A model generated the notes under the pieces. It was not told the DNA's origin. It saw only the letters and a list, made by a program, of their open reading frames with translations, and ran no database searches. This document shows positions 19,175 through 28,197 of a stretch of DNA of 64,000 bases, piece by piece; positions within the stretch are counted from its first letter, which is position 1, and the number at the start of each line of letters is the position of its first letter. Source of the stretch: an uncultured Gemmatimonadales bacterium (GTDB taxonomy: Bacteria; Gemmatimonadota; Gemmatimonadetes; Gemmatimonadales; GWC2-71-9); NCBI GenBank assembly GCA_947259405.1, contig CAMYLY010000013.1, positions 33,382 through 97,381 of the forward strand, in the 5' to 3' direction. A program made the position numbers and the translations under genes.

Positions 19175-21466
19175 CTAGGACGCTAGCTGGTCTCCAACTG
19201 GGAGCCGTCGGATGCGCTTCCCCGTTGCCGCGAAAATGGCGTTGCACAACGCCGGTGCCACCGGCGGAACGCCGACTTCGCCCACGCCCGACGGCGGCTT
19301 GTCACTCCGCACGATGTGGACGTGCGTCTCGCGTGGCGCAGCGGTCAGTCGCAACACCCGATAGTCGTGATAGTTGCTCTGTTGCACGCGTCCCTCGCGG
19401 AACGTGATCTCGCCCACGAGGGCGTTGCCCAGTGACATCACGGCGCCGCCCTCCATCTGTGCGCGGACACGCTCTGGATGCGCTACGAAGCCGCAGTCGA
19501 TCGCAATGTCGAGCCGCGGAATGGAGAGCTCCCCGGCCGAGTTGACTTCGACTTCCACGACACTCGCCACGTACGAGAGAAAACTGCGGTGCACGGCGAT
19601 CCCGCGGCCGCGGCCGCGCGGAAGCGGCTGCCCCCAGCCGGACCGCTCCGCCACCACCTCGACGACGTGGCGGTGCCGGGCGGTGTCGATGGGATGCAGT
19701 TCGATCGGGTCACCATAGTTCCACGGATCCACACCGCCACGCGTCACGTCCACGTGTCGCGGTGGACCAAGGAGCGAGAGCACATAGTCCTTGGGATCGC
19801 GGCCCAGGGTGTGGGCCAGCTCGTCCACGAACGAACAGATCGCGAACGCGTGCTGGATGTTGCACACTGAGCGATACCATCCAATACGTACGTGTGCCGC
19901 CGCCTCGGCATTCTCCAGCCGGAGGTTGGGGATGTCGTATGGCATGTCGCTCGCCCCCAAGAACAGCTCGAAATCGCTCGCGTACGTGACGTCGGGCGCG
20001 AATGTCGAGGGTATCGGTGGGAACGCGGTACGGTGCAGCCACGCGATGGCGCGCCCTTCGTCATCGAGCCCCGCTTCCAAGTGCTGCGCCGCCGGCGCGT
20101 GATAGTAGCAGTGACGGATGTCGTCCTCGCGCGTCCAGGTCACCTTGACCGGCGCCCCGACCTCGCGCGACAACAGCGCTGCTTCGACGACGAAGTCCGG
20201 TTTCGACTTCCGCCCGAAGCCTCCGCCTAAGAGGGTCACATTTACACGCACGCGCTCGATGGGGATCCCCAGTATGGCCGCGAGGGTTCCTCGTGTTCCC
20301 TGTGGATCCTGCGTCGGCGCCCACACTTCGCAACCGCCATCCGCCACGTTGGCGAGCGCCGCCGGGGGTTCCATAGTCGCGTGCGCCAGGTGCGGCACGT
20401 AGTAGTCCGCCGTCACGCGACGTGCCGCGCCGGCGAGAGCCTGTTGCACGTCGCCCTCGTCGCGAATCACCTTGGCGGGCTGCGCGACCGCGGCCTCGAG
20501 CTGCGCGGCGTACGTCTCGGAATCGTACGAGCGGTTCGGTCCGTCGGTCCACGTGATGTCGAGCTTGGACCGTCCCTGGATCGCGGCCCACGTGTTCCGT
20601 GCCACGACCGCCACGCCACCAAGAGGAGCGAACCCCGAGGGCGGCGGCGTTTCCGCCAAGCGCACGACACGTTCAACACCCCCAACCGCTTCGGCCGCGG
20701 CGGAATCGACCGAGGCGACGCCGCCACCGTACACCGGTGGCCGTGCGACCACGGCGTACCTCATACCCGGCAACGCCTGATCGATACCGTACGAGGCCTG
20801 TCCCGTCGTGATGTCGAAGAGATCGACGATCGGTACTTCTTTGCCGATGTACCGAAACGCGTCGGGCGACTTGAGGCGGATCTGTTCCCGTGCCGGCACG
20901 GACATCTCGCTGGCCGTTCCCACGAGGTCGCCGTACCCGACCGTACGACCCGTAGGGCGATGCACGACCTGATGCATGCGTGCTTCGACCTCCGCCACCT
21001 GGACGTTCCACTGCTGGGCGGCGGCGGCTTCCAGCATGGCACGCGCCGTTGCGCCCGCCTCGCGCAGCGGCTGCAAGAAGTGGCGCAGGCTGCGCGATCC
21101 ATCGGTGTTCTGCGGGCCGGCCGCATCGACGTAATCGATCCCCGAGGCGAACTTCGCCTGGTCGCCGATTGCCTGCTCGACGTGCACGCGCGACCAGTCG
21201 GCTTCCATCTCGTCGGCCACGACCATGGGGAGTGCCGTGCGCACGCCCTGACCCATCTCAGACCGATGGGCCACGATCGTCACGTCGCCCGTGGGGTCGA
21301 GACGGATGTACACGTTTGGACTGAAGGGATCCGGCGCACGCGTCTCGGTCGCCAACTGCTGTGCCACGCCGCGTGCACCCGGGACGGTGACGGCAAGTGC
21401 AAAACCGCCGGCGCCTACGTCCTGGAGGAACTGCCGCCGGCTGACATTGAAGATCGTGGTGGTCAT
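19175..21466 (-). CDS. molybdopterin-binding large subunit of an IorB/aldehyde-oxidase-type oxidoreductase, TAT signal (pair 1)
   Basis: 763-aa ORF. TAT motif SRRQFLQDVGAGGFALAV. Xanthine dehydrogenase family large-subunit-like body (GGGFGRKS, EVGVPPVAPA). Confidence 0.9.
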   Translation of the reverse strand: MTTTIFNVSRRQFLQDVGAGGFALAVTVPGARGVAQQLATETRAPDPFSPNVYIRLDPTGDVTIVAHRSEMGQGVRTALPMVVADEMEADWSRVHVEQAIGDQAKFASGIDYVDAAGPQNTDGSRSLRHFLQPLREAGATARAMLEAAAAQQWNVQVAEVEARMHQVVHRPTGRTVGYGDLVGTASEMSVPAREQIRLKSPDAFRYIGKEVPIVDLFDITTGQASYGIDQALPGMRYAVVARPPVYGGGVASVDSAAAEAVGGVERVVRLAETPPPSGFAPLGGVAVVARNTWAAIQGRSKLDITWTDGPNRSYDSETYAAQLEAAVAQPAKVIRDEGDVQQALAGAARRVTADYYVPHLAHATMEPPAALANVADGGCEVWAPTQDPQGTRGTLAAILGIPIERVRVNVTLLGGGFGRKSKPDFVVEAALLSREVGAPVKVTWTREDDIRHCYYHAPAAQHLEAGLDDEGRAIAWLHRTAFPPIPSTFAPDVTYASDFELFLGASDMPYDIPNLRLENAEAAAHVRIGWYRSVCNIQHAFAICSFVDELAHTLGRDPKDYVLSLLGPPRHVDVTRGGVDPWNYGDPIELHPIDTARHRHVVEVVAERSGWGQPLPRGRGRGIAVHRSFLSYVASVVEVEVNSAGELSIPRLDIAIDCGFVAHPERVRAQMEGGAVMSLGNALVGEITFREGRVQQSNYHDYRVLRLTAAPRETHVHIVRSDKPPSGVGEVGVPPVAPALCNAIFAATGKRIRRLPVGDQLAS

Positions 21467-21467
21467 A

Positions 21468-21917
21468 TCAGACCTCCCTCGCAGCGCGCACGGCCCGCCG
21501 GATGCGGGCGTACGTGCCGCAGCGACAGATGTTGCCGGTCATCGCGGCGTCGATCTCTTCGTCGGTTGCGTTAGGATGTTCCTCCAGCAAAGCGGCTGCC
21601 TGCATGATTTGCCCGCTCTGGCAGTAGCCACATTGCGGCACACTGTGGTCGCGCCACGTGCGCTGCACGGGATGCGTGCCGTCGGGGCTCAGCCCTTCAA
21701 TCGTCGTGACGTTCGCGCCCTCGATGGCGCCCATGGGGGTCATACAGGCGCGTGCGGCATTCCCGTTCACGTGCACGGTGCACGCTCCGCACTGCGCGAT
21801 CCCACAGCCGAATTTCGTGCCGGTCAGTCCCAGTTCGTCCCGCACGTACCACAAGAGCGGCATCGCGGGGTCGCCATCGTACGAGCGCTGGACGCCGTTC
21901 ACTCGCAGTGTGACCAT
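21468..21917 (-). CDS. (2Fe-2S)-binding small subunit (IorA-like, pair 1)
   Basis: Start at MVTLRVNG. Cluster motifs [12 protein letters not shown] and [19 protein letters not shown]. It ends 1 nt before the large-subunit start. Confidence 0.9.
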   Translation of the reverse strand: MVTLRVNGVQRSYDGDPAMPLLWYVRDELGLTGTKFGCGIAQCGACTVHVNGNAARACMTPMGAIEGANVTTIEGLSPDGTHPVQRTWRDHSVPQCGYCQSGQIMQAAALLEEHPNATDEEIDAAMTGNICRCGTYARIRRAVRAAREV

Positions 21918-22049
21918 GAGGTTCTTCCTCCTGCCTGCGTTGGGGTCGGCTCGCGGCAGTCTCACTCCATTGCCGTAGAGTTCGAAACTATCAGGGGAAC
22001 GTCCCGCACGGAACTCGACGCGCAGAGCGTGGCAAGTGCACTCCCCACA

Positions 22050-22082
22050 ACGCCGCGCTACTGGTCGAACGCCTCGTCGAAC
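22050..22082. repeat. left copy of a perfect 33-nt direct repeat
   Basis: ACGCCGCGCTACTGGTCGAACGCCTCGTCGAAC is identical to 24780-24812. This copy is intergenic. Confidence 0.9.
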
Positions 22083-22164
22083 CGAGCGGCGACCCTCGCA
22101 CCAGCTCCTCTGGACGCCGCACAGCTATCCACTAAGTTGATGGATCCCTAGCGAGGCGCGGACT

Positions 22165-22626
22165 ATGATCACGCTCTCCGTCAACGGCCGACGCCGCGAG
22201 GTGGACGCCGATCCGACCACACCCCTCCTCTGGGTCCTGCGAGACACGCTGCGCATGCCCGGTACCAAGTTCGGGTGCGGCATCGCCATGTGCGGTGCCT
22301 GCACCGTCCATGTGAACGGTGTCGCCACGCGCTCGTGCATTACGCCAATCTCGGCGGTGGGTAGCGCCGAGGTCACGACCATCGAGGGACTCTCGGAGGA
22401 TGGGCTGACGACCCTCCAGGAGGCCTGGCTGGAACACGACGTGGTGCAGTGCGGCTACTGCCAGTCGGGACAGATCATGTCCGCGGCAGCACTCCTGGCA
22501 AAGACGCCCAATCCCACGGACGAGGAGATCGACACCGCCATGAGTGGTAACATCTGCCGTTGCGGCGCCTACAATCGGATCCGGGACGCCATCAAACAGG
22601 CGGCCAACGAGGGAGGTGTCCGATGA
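22165..22626 (+). CDS. (2Fe-2S)-binding small subunit (IorA-like, pair 2)
   Basis: 153-aa ORF. Motifs [12 protein letters not shown] and [19 protein letters not shown]. Confidence 0.9.
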   Translation: MITLSVNGRRREVDADPTTPLLWVLRDTLRMPGTKFGCGIAMCGACTVHVNGVATRSCITPISAVGSAEVTTIEGLSEDGLTTLQEAWLEHDVVQCGYCQSGQIMSAAALLAKTPNPTDEEIDTAMSGNICRCGAYNRIRDAIKQAANEGGVR

Positions 22627-24776
22627 CGACCACGAACTTCTCCCGACGCCAGTTTCTCGAAACGTCCGGCACGGCGGTCGGTGGCCTCGTGCTCGGTTTC
22701 CATCTGTCGGATCGATGGGTCCGGCGCGGCATGGCCCAGAGTGCTGCACCCTTCGCGCCCAACGCGTTCATCCGCCTCGCCACCGACGAGACGGTGACGA
22801 TCCTGGTCAACAAATCGGAGATGGGGCAAGGGGTGTACACGTCGCTCCCCATGCTCATCGCCGAGGAGCTGGATGCCGACTGGGAGCGCGTGCAGATCGA
22901 ACCCGCGCCCGTGGACCCAGCGTACAACCACACTGGATTCGGCGCGCAGATCACGGGCGGGAGCACGAGTATTCCCTCCTCGTGGCAGCAGTTCCGGGAG
23001 GCGGGAGCAATGGCCCGTGCGCTGCTGGTGGAAGCGGCCGCCCAGGAGTGGGGTACGCGGGCGAGGGAGTTGGAAACCGAGACCGGCTTCGTGCTGCACC
23101 GGTCGTCGGGACGGCGCGCGTCCTACGGCCAGCTCGCAGAACGCGCGGCCACGGTGACACCACCCACGTCGGTGACGCTCAAGGACCCCAAGGACTTCAC
23201 GATCATCGGGACCAACGTCAAGCGCCTGGAGGGCCCGGACAAGGTGACGGGCCGGGCGGAGTTCGGCCTCGACGTGATGCTGCCGGACATGCTGACCGCC
23301 GTGGTGGCGCACCCGCCGGTGTGCGGCGGGAAGGTGCGTCGATTCAGCGCCGATGCGGCCCGGGCCGTCCCGGGCGTGGTGTCGGTGAAGGAGATCGCGT
23401 CGGGCGTGGCCGTCATCGCCAAGGATTTCTGGACGGCCAAACAGGGGCGCGACGCGCTGGAGATCGAGTGGGACGACGGCGAGGGCGCCATGCTGACTAC
23501 CGAGTCGCAACGCGATCGGTACCGCGCGCTCACCGATGAGCCCGGGGCGGTAGCCCGTGACGACGGGGATGCTGCCGCGGCACTGACGTCGGTTGCCAAA
23601 ACCATCGAGGCAGTCTACGAGCTGCCGTACCTTGCGCACGCGCCCATGGAGCCGCTGAACGCGACCGTCCGCGTAACCGGCGATGGCTGCGACATCTGGG
23701 CGGGGACGCAGTTCCAGACGGGAGACCAGATGGCCGCTGCAGCCATCTTGGGCATCCAGCCGCAGAACATTCGGGTCCACACCACGTTGTTGGGTGGCGC
23801 CTTTGGCCGGCGTGCGAATCCCACGTCTGATTTCGTGTCCGAGGCGGTGCAGGTCGCGAAGGGCGAGTCCGTGCCAATCAAGACGATCTGGACTCGCGAG
23901 GACGACATTCAGTGCGGTTACTACCGGCCGATGTTCGTGCACAAGCTCAAGGCCACACTCGACGACGCGGGCATGCCCTTGGCGTGGCATCAACGGATCG
24001 CGGGCCAGTCCATTCTGTCCGGCACGCCGTTCGAGGCGATGATGCAGAACGGCATCGATCCCTCGTCAGTGGAAGGCGCGGCAGACATGCCGTACACCAT
24101 CCCCCATCAACGCGTCGAGCTGCATTCCCCCACGGAAGCGGTCACGGTCTTGTGGTGGCGGTCGGTGGGCCACACGCACACGGCGTTCGTGAACGAGAGT
24201 TTCCTCGACGAGGTCGCGCATGCCGGCGGGAGGGATCCGTTCGAGTTGCGGCGCGTGTTGCTCCAAAACTCTCCACGCGAGCTCAAGGTGCTCGAGCTAG
24301 CGGCGGAGAAGTCGGGCTGGGGCCAGCCGCTCCCCGAGGGGCGGGCGCGTGGCATCGCCGTGCGCAAGTCGTTCGAGAGTTTCGTGGCCGAGGTGGCGGA
24401 AGTGTCGCTCACGGCCGACGGAACGCCGCGCGTCCATCGTGTCGTGTGCGCCGTGGACTGCGGCATTGCCGTGAATCCGTGGAACATCGAGGCGCAGGTA
24501 GAGGGTGCGGTGGTCTTCGGTCTCTCGGCGGCGCTGCACAGCGAGATCACAGTCGACGGCGGACGCGTACAGCAAAGCAACTTCCACGACTATCCCGTAC
24601 TCCGGATGAGCGAGATGCCCAAGGTCGAGGTACACATCGTGGAGAGCGACGAGGCGCCAACCGGCATCGGCGAGCCAGGCGTGCCGCCAGCAGCGCCCGC
24701 GGTCGCGAACGCTTTGTTTGCGTTGACCGGGAAGCGCATCAGGAAATTGCCGATACGGATGGAGGAAGCGGACTGA
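22623..24776 (+). CDS. molybdopterin-binding large subunit, TAT signal (pair 2)
   Basis: Start at the ATG overlapping the small-subunit stop (ATGA at 22623). TAT motif [15 protein letters not shown]. Body is paralogous to 19175-21466. Confidence 0.9.
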   Translation: MTTTNFSRRQFLETSGTAVGGLVLGFHLSDRWVRRGMAQSAAPFAPNAFIRLATDETVTILVNKSEMGQGVYTSLPMLIAEELDADWERVQIEPAPVDPAYNHTGFGAQITGGSTSIPSSWQQFREAGAMARALLVEAAAQEWGTRARELETETGFVLHRSSGRRASYGQLAERAATVTPPTSVTLKDPKDFTIIGTNVKRLEGPDKVTGRAEFGLDVMLPDMLTAVVAHPPVCGGKVRRFSADAARAVPGVVSVKEIASGVAVIAKDFWTAKQGRDALEIEWDDGEGAMLTTESQRDRYRALTDEPGAVARDDGDAAAALTSVAKTIEAVYELPYLAHAPMEPLNATVRVTGDGCDIWAGTQFQTGDQMAAAAILGIQPQNIRVHTTLLGGAFGRRANPTSDFVSEAVQVAKGESVPIKTIWTREDDIQCGYYRPMFVHKLKATLDDAGMPLAWHQRIAGQSILSGTPFEAMMQNGIDPSSVEGAADMPYTIPHQRVELHSPTEAVTVLWWRSVGHTHTAFVNESFLDEVAHAGGRDPFELRRVLLQNSPRELKVLELAAEKSGWGQPLPEGRARGIAVRKSFESFVAEVAEVSLTADGTPRVHRVVCAVDCGIAVNPWNIEAQVEGAVVFGLSAALHSEITVDGGRVQQSNFHDYPVLRMSEMPKVEVHIVESDEAPTGIGEPGVPPAAPAVANALFALTGKRIRKLPIRMEEAD

Positions 24777-24779
24777 GTC

Positions 24780-24812
24780 ACGCCGCGCTACTGGTCGAAC
24801 GCCTCGTCGAAC
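24780..24812. repeat. right copy of the perfect 33-nt direct repeat (contains the stop and last 7 codons of the 24788-25780 gene)
   Basis: Identical to 22050-22082. On the minus strand it encodes ..FDEAFDQ* of the TIM-barrel gene. It starts 4 nt after the iorB-like pair-2 stop. Confidence 0.9.
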
Positions 24813-25780
24813 ACGCGATCCGATTTCGCGAAGTCGAGTGACTTGACGAAGTCGCACGCTTCCTTCGCCCCGTGCTCCCGGTCCATGGCCGCATCCTCCC
24901 ACTCGACCGAGAGGGGCCCTTTGTAGCCGAGCGTGTTCAGCTCGCGGATGATCTCCTCGAATTCCACCCCACCGCGACCCAGGCTCCGGAAGTTCCAGCC
25001 GCGCCCGGGCGTACCGAAGTTCAGATGCGAACCCAGGATCCCACTCTCGCCGTCCAACGTGATCGCGGCGTCCTTCATGTGAACGTGGTAGATCTTCTTG
25101 GGGAACGCCTGCAGGAACCTGACCGGATCGACCATCTGCCAGTGGAAGTGGCTCGGGTCGAAGTTGAACCCAAACGCCTTCCGGTTCTTGACCGCGGCCA
25201 GTGCGCGTCTGGCGGTGTGGAGGTCGAACGCGATCTCGGTGGGATGGACTTCGAGCGCAAACCGGACACCGCACTGGTCGAACTCGTCGAGGATGGGGTT
25301 CCACAGCCGCGCGAACTGCTTGAAGCCATCGTCGATCATCTTGTCGCTCACTGGCGGGAAGCTGTAGAGCATGTGCCAGATGGCTGAGCCCGTGAATCCG
25401 TTGACGACCTTGACGCCGATGTTCTTCGCGGCTTTCGCCGTTTGCTTCATGGTCTTGATGGCCCAGCGCCGTTTCTTTTCCGCATCGCCGTGGCAGTCCT
25501 CCGGGGCGAACATGTCAGAGCGCGTGTCGTCGTTGGGATCGCAGACGAGCTGCCCAGCGAGGTGGTTACTGATCGCCCAGCATTTCAGACCGTGGTCCTT
25601 GAGCATGTCCTTGCGGCTCTTGGCATAGCGCTGGTCCTTCGCCGCGCGTTCGACCTCGACGTGGTCTCCCCAGCAGGCAAGCTCGAGCCCGTCGTAGCCC
25701 CATGCCGCCGCCTTTGCGCAAAGCTCCTCGAGTGGGAGGTCCGCCCACTGTCCCGTAAAGAGTGTGACTGGTCTGCCCAT
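24788..25780 (-). CDS. sugar phosphate isomerase/epimerase (xylose isomerase-like TIM barrel)
   Basis: 330-aa ORF with no signal peptide and a typical TIM-barrel pattern (..FALEVHPTE.., HVHMKD, SVEWED). Confidence 0.85.
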   Translation of the reverse strand: MGRPVTLFTGQWADLPLEELCAKAAAWGYDGLELACWGDHVEVERAAKDQRYAKSRKDMLKDHGLKCWAISNHLAGQLVCDPNDDTRSDMFAPEDCHGDAEKKRRWAIKTMKQTAKAAKNIGVKVVNGFTGSAIWHMLYSFPPVSDKMIDDGFKQFARLWNPILDEFDQCGVRFALEVHPTEIAFDLHTARRALAAVKNRKAFGFNFDPSHFHWQMVDPVRFLQAFPKKIYHVHMKDAAITLDGESGILGSHLNFGTPGRGWNFRSLGRGGVEFEEIIRELNTLGYKGPLSVEWEDAAMDREHGAKEACDFVKSLDFAKSDRVFDEAFDQ

Positions 25781-25789
25781 GGTGTCTCC

Positions 25790-26950
25790 TTACATCCTCA
25801 CCCACTTCGCACCCTTGGCGGACGACTTCACGACCGCCTCGATGAAGCGCATACCGCGAACGCCGTCCTGAACGCCCGGAAAATCGAGGACGACCGGATC
25901 CGCCTTCCGTCGTTCGATCCGGGCCCGCACGGCGTCGGCGAAGTTGCAGTAGTGATTCGCGAACGCCTCGAAGAAGGCTTCCGGGTGGCCGAACGGGAGG
26001 CGCGTGCCACGTCCCGCCGCCGGGCTCTTGGCTGCCACATAGTCGTTACCGCGCTTCCAGACTTCTTGCGGCGCGTCGATACGATTCACGTAGAGGTAGT
26101 TTGGGTGTTCCTGGTGCCACTCGAGGCTCGCGTCCTCGCCGTAGACCCAGATAGCGAGGTTGTTCTCCTCGCCGATCGAGATCTGGCTCGCGTGGAGCAC
26201 CCCTTTCGCACCACGGTTGAAGCGCAGCAGGCAGTTGCCATCGTCGTCGAGTCGGCGTCCCTTCACGAATGTCGTGAGATCGGCGCAGAGCTGCTGCACC
26301 TTGAGGCCGGAGACGTACTCGGCGAGATGGCAGGCGTGCGTCCCGATGTCGCCCATGCAGCCCGCGGCGCCACTCTGCTTGGGATCCGTGCGCCACGCCG
26401 CCTGCGTTTGCCCATCGCGTTCGATGGGGCGGATCAGCCAGCCCTGCGGATACTGGACGACGATCTTGAGAATCCGGCCGAGGTCACCCTGCTTGACCAT
26501 GTCCCGGGCCAGCTTGACCATGGGGTACCCGGTGTAGTTGTGCATTAGCCCGAACACGCGGCGACTCCGCCCCACGATGCGCTCGAGCGCCCGCGCTTCC
26601 CGGACGTCGAGGGTCATCGGTTTCTCGCACATGACGTGAAAGCCCGCCTGCAGAAACGCTTTCGCCATTGGGAAGTGCCGATCGTTGGGCACGGTGATGG
26701 CCACGAAATCGATACACTCGTCGTCGGGCAACCCCACCTCGCGCTCGATCATCGTTTCGTAATCCGGATAGGCGCGTTTGGGGTCGATGGCCTGCTCGCG
26801 TCCGGTCTGCCGGCTCTTGCGCGGGTTGCTGCTGAATACCCCGGCCACGAGTTCGATCCCACCGTCCAGACGCGCCGCTTTCCGATGCACGTCGCCGATG
26901 AACGCGCCCGGCCCGCCCCCGATCATTCCCATCCGCAACTTTCGATGCAT
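25790..26950 (-). CDS. Gfo/Idh/MocA family oxidoreductase (cytoplasmic)
   Basis: Start at ATG 26950 (MHRKLRMGMIGGGPGAFIG Rossmann motif), plus EKPM. The upstream 290 codons of the 674-aa track ORF overlap the opposite-strand gene and look non-coding. Confidence 0.88.
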   Translation of the reverse strand: MHRKLRMGMIGGGPGAFIGDVHRKAARLDGGIELVAGVFSSNPRKSRQTGREQAIDPKRAYPDYETMIEREVGLPDDECIDFVAITVPNDRHFPMAKAFLQAGFHVMCEKPMTLDVREARALERIVGRSRRVFGLMHNYTGYPMVKLARDMVKQGDLGRILKIVVQYPQGWLIRPIERDGQTQAAWRTDPKQSGAAGCMGDIGTHACHLAEYVSGLKVQQLCADLTTFVKGRRLDDDGNCLLRFNRGAKGVLHASQISIGEENNLAIWVYGEDASLEWHQEHPNYLYVNRIDAPQEVWKRGNDYVAAKSPAAGRGTRLPFGHPEAFFEAFANHYCNFADAVRARIERRKADPVVLDFPGVQDGVRGMRFIEAVVKSSAKGAKWVRM

Positions 26951-27079
26951 GGTCGCTCCCCCGCCGTCGTCTCCCCTCGCTAGTTCTACTTCGAGGTGCG
27001 GGACCGGGCAAGGTGGAACATGCTTGCACGGAGCGGACTCAACGGCTATCACACGTGATGACGGCGACCCGGAGACCTC

Positions 27080-28186
27080 ATGTTTCACGAGTTGAAGGAT
27101 CTGCGGTACCAGCAGGCGGCACGCGATCCCGCACTGATGCTGGAGAATCTGCGACAGGATCTCGAGGTGAAGATCTCGGTCGGCATCTGGTACTTCACCC
27201 CTGGAGGCGGGCGCTTTCACGACCGCTTCGTGCCTGAGGCATCCATCGAGCAGCGCGTCGAGATGGCGGCGGAGATGGCGCCACTCGGCGTGACGGGGAT
27301 CGAAGCGCATTTCCCCGATGAAGTGAACGAGGCGAACCTCCATCTGTACCGGCAGCTCGAGGAGGAGGCGGGGATTCGTCTCATCGCGATTCCCTTCTCC
27401 CACTTCTTCGACAAACGGTTCGAGTTCGGCTCGCTCTCGAGCGAGAACGCCGGCACGCGCGAGCGCGCGGTCGAGATCGCGGTGGGCGGTCTCAAGATGG
27501 TGCGGGATGCCGGCGCGCGTGTCGCCATCTCGTGGCCTGGCATGGACGGGTACCGGTACCTGCACGGCAAGCCGTTCATGCACATGTGGGATCGCTTCGA
27601 GGGCGCGATGGCCGAGGCCATGGACGAGGTACCCGGCGTGCGGATCGCGATCGAGCCCAAACCCTACGAGCCCGCGGCCAACAACATCTATCGCACGACG
27701 GCGGAGGGCATCCTTGCCGCGCAGCGAATCGAAGCGCGTCTCCGAAACCCGGAGAACCGACGGATGCTCGATGACGGGGTGACGCTCGTCGGCCTCAATC
27801 CGGAAGTGGGTCACGTCAAGATGGGGTTCGAGATGCTGCCGGCAGCCTTCTCACTGGTCGCGATGGAGGGCCGGCTCGCCCATACACACTGGAATAGCCA
27901 GCCCGACGGGAACTACGACCAAGACAACAACGTCGGCGTGGTGAACGCGGCGGAAACGGAGGCCCTGCTCTACGCCCTGTGGGCCATCGGATACGAGGAG
28001 TACTTCGGCATCGACATCAATCCGGAGAACATTCCCGTCCAGCGGGCAGTCGAGCTGAACATCAAGGCCCTGGAGAAGATGCGCGACCGGGTGGGTCAAT
28101 TGCCGCACGAGCGCATCCTCGAGTGTCACCTCAACCCAGCGGCCCATCGGGGCGAGTTGGAAGAGATCCTGATCGAGAGCTGGTAG
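27080..28186 (+). CDS. xylose isomerase-like TIM barrel protein (sugar isomerase/epimerase)
   Basis: 368-aa ORF immediately upstream of a sugar kinase. TIM-barrel-like repeats (IAIEPKPYEP, GLNPEVGH). Confidence 0.78.
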   Translation: MFHELKDLRYQQAARDPALMLENLRQDLEVKISVGIWYFTPGGGRFHDRFVPEASIEQRVEMAAEMAPLGVTGIEAHFPDEVNEANLHLYRQLEEEAGIRLIAIPFSHFFDKRFEFGSLSSENAGTRERAVEIAVGGLKMVRDAGARVAISWPGMDGYRYLHGKPFMHMWDRFEGAMAEAMDEVPGVRIAIEPKPYEPAANNIYRTTAEGILAAQRIEARLRNPENRRMLDDGVTLVGLNPEVGHVKMGFEMLPAAFSLVAMEGRLAHTHWNSQPDGNYDQDNNVGVVNAAETEALLYALWAIGYEEYFGIDINPENIPVQRAVELNIKALEKMRDRVGQLPHERILECHLNPAAHRGELEEILIESW

Positions 28187-28197
28187 GCATCGGCGTT

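Noticed and set aside
20381-23993. Long off-frame or antisense ORFs within the IorB-like genes (20381-21574 +, 22569-23993 -, 22544-23539 +)
   Set aside because: They overlap genes with clear TAT signals and molybdoenzyme motifs. Their Arg/Gly/Pro-rich translations have no recognisable domains.
26951-27814. Upstream 290 codons of the 674-aa minus-strand track ORF 25790-27814
   Set aside because: The Gfo/Idh/MocA domain starts at the ATG at 26950 with the Rossmann motif. The extension is Arg/Pro/His-rich low-complexity sequence and overlaps the well-supported plus-strand TIM-barrel gene at 27080-28186. It is a typical stop-free antisense artefact of GC-rich DNA.
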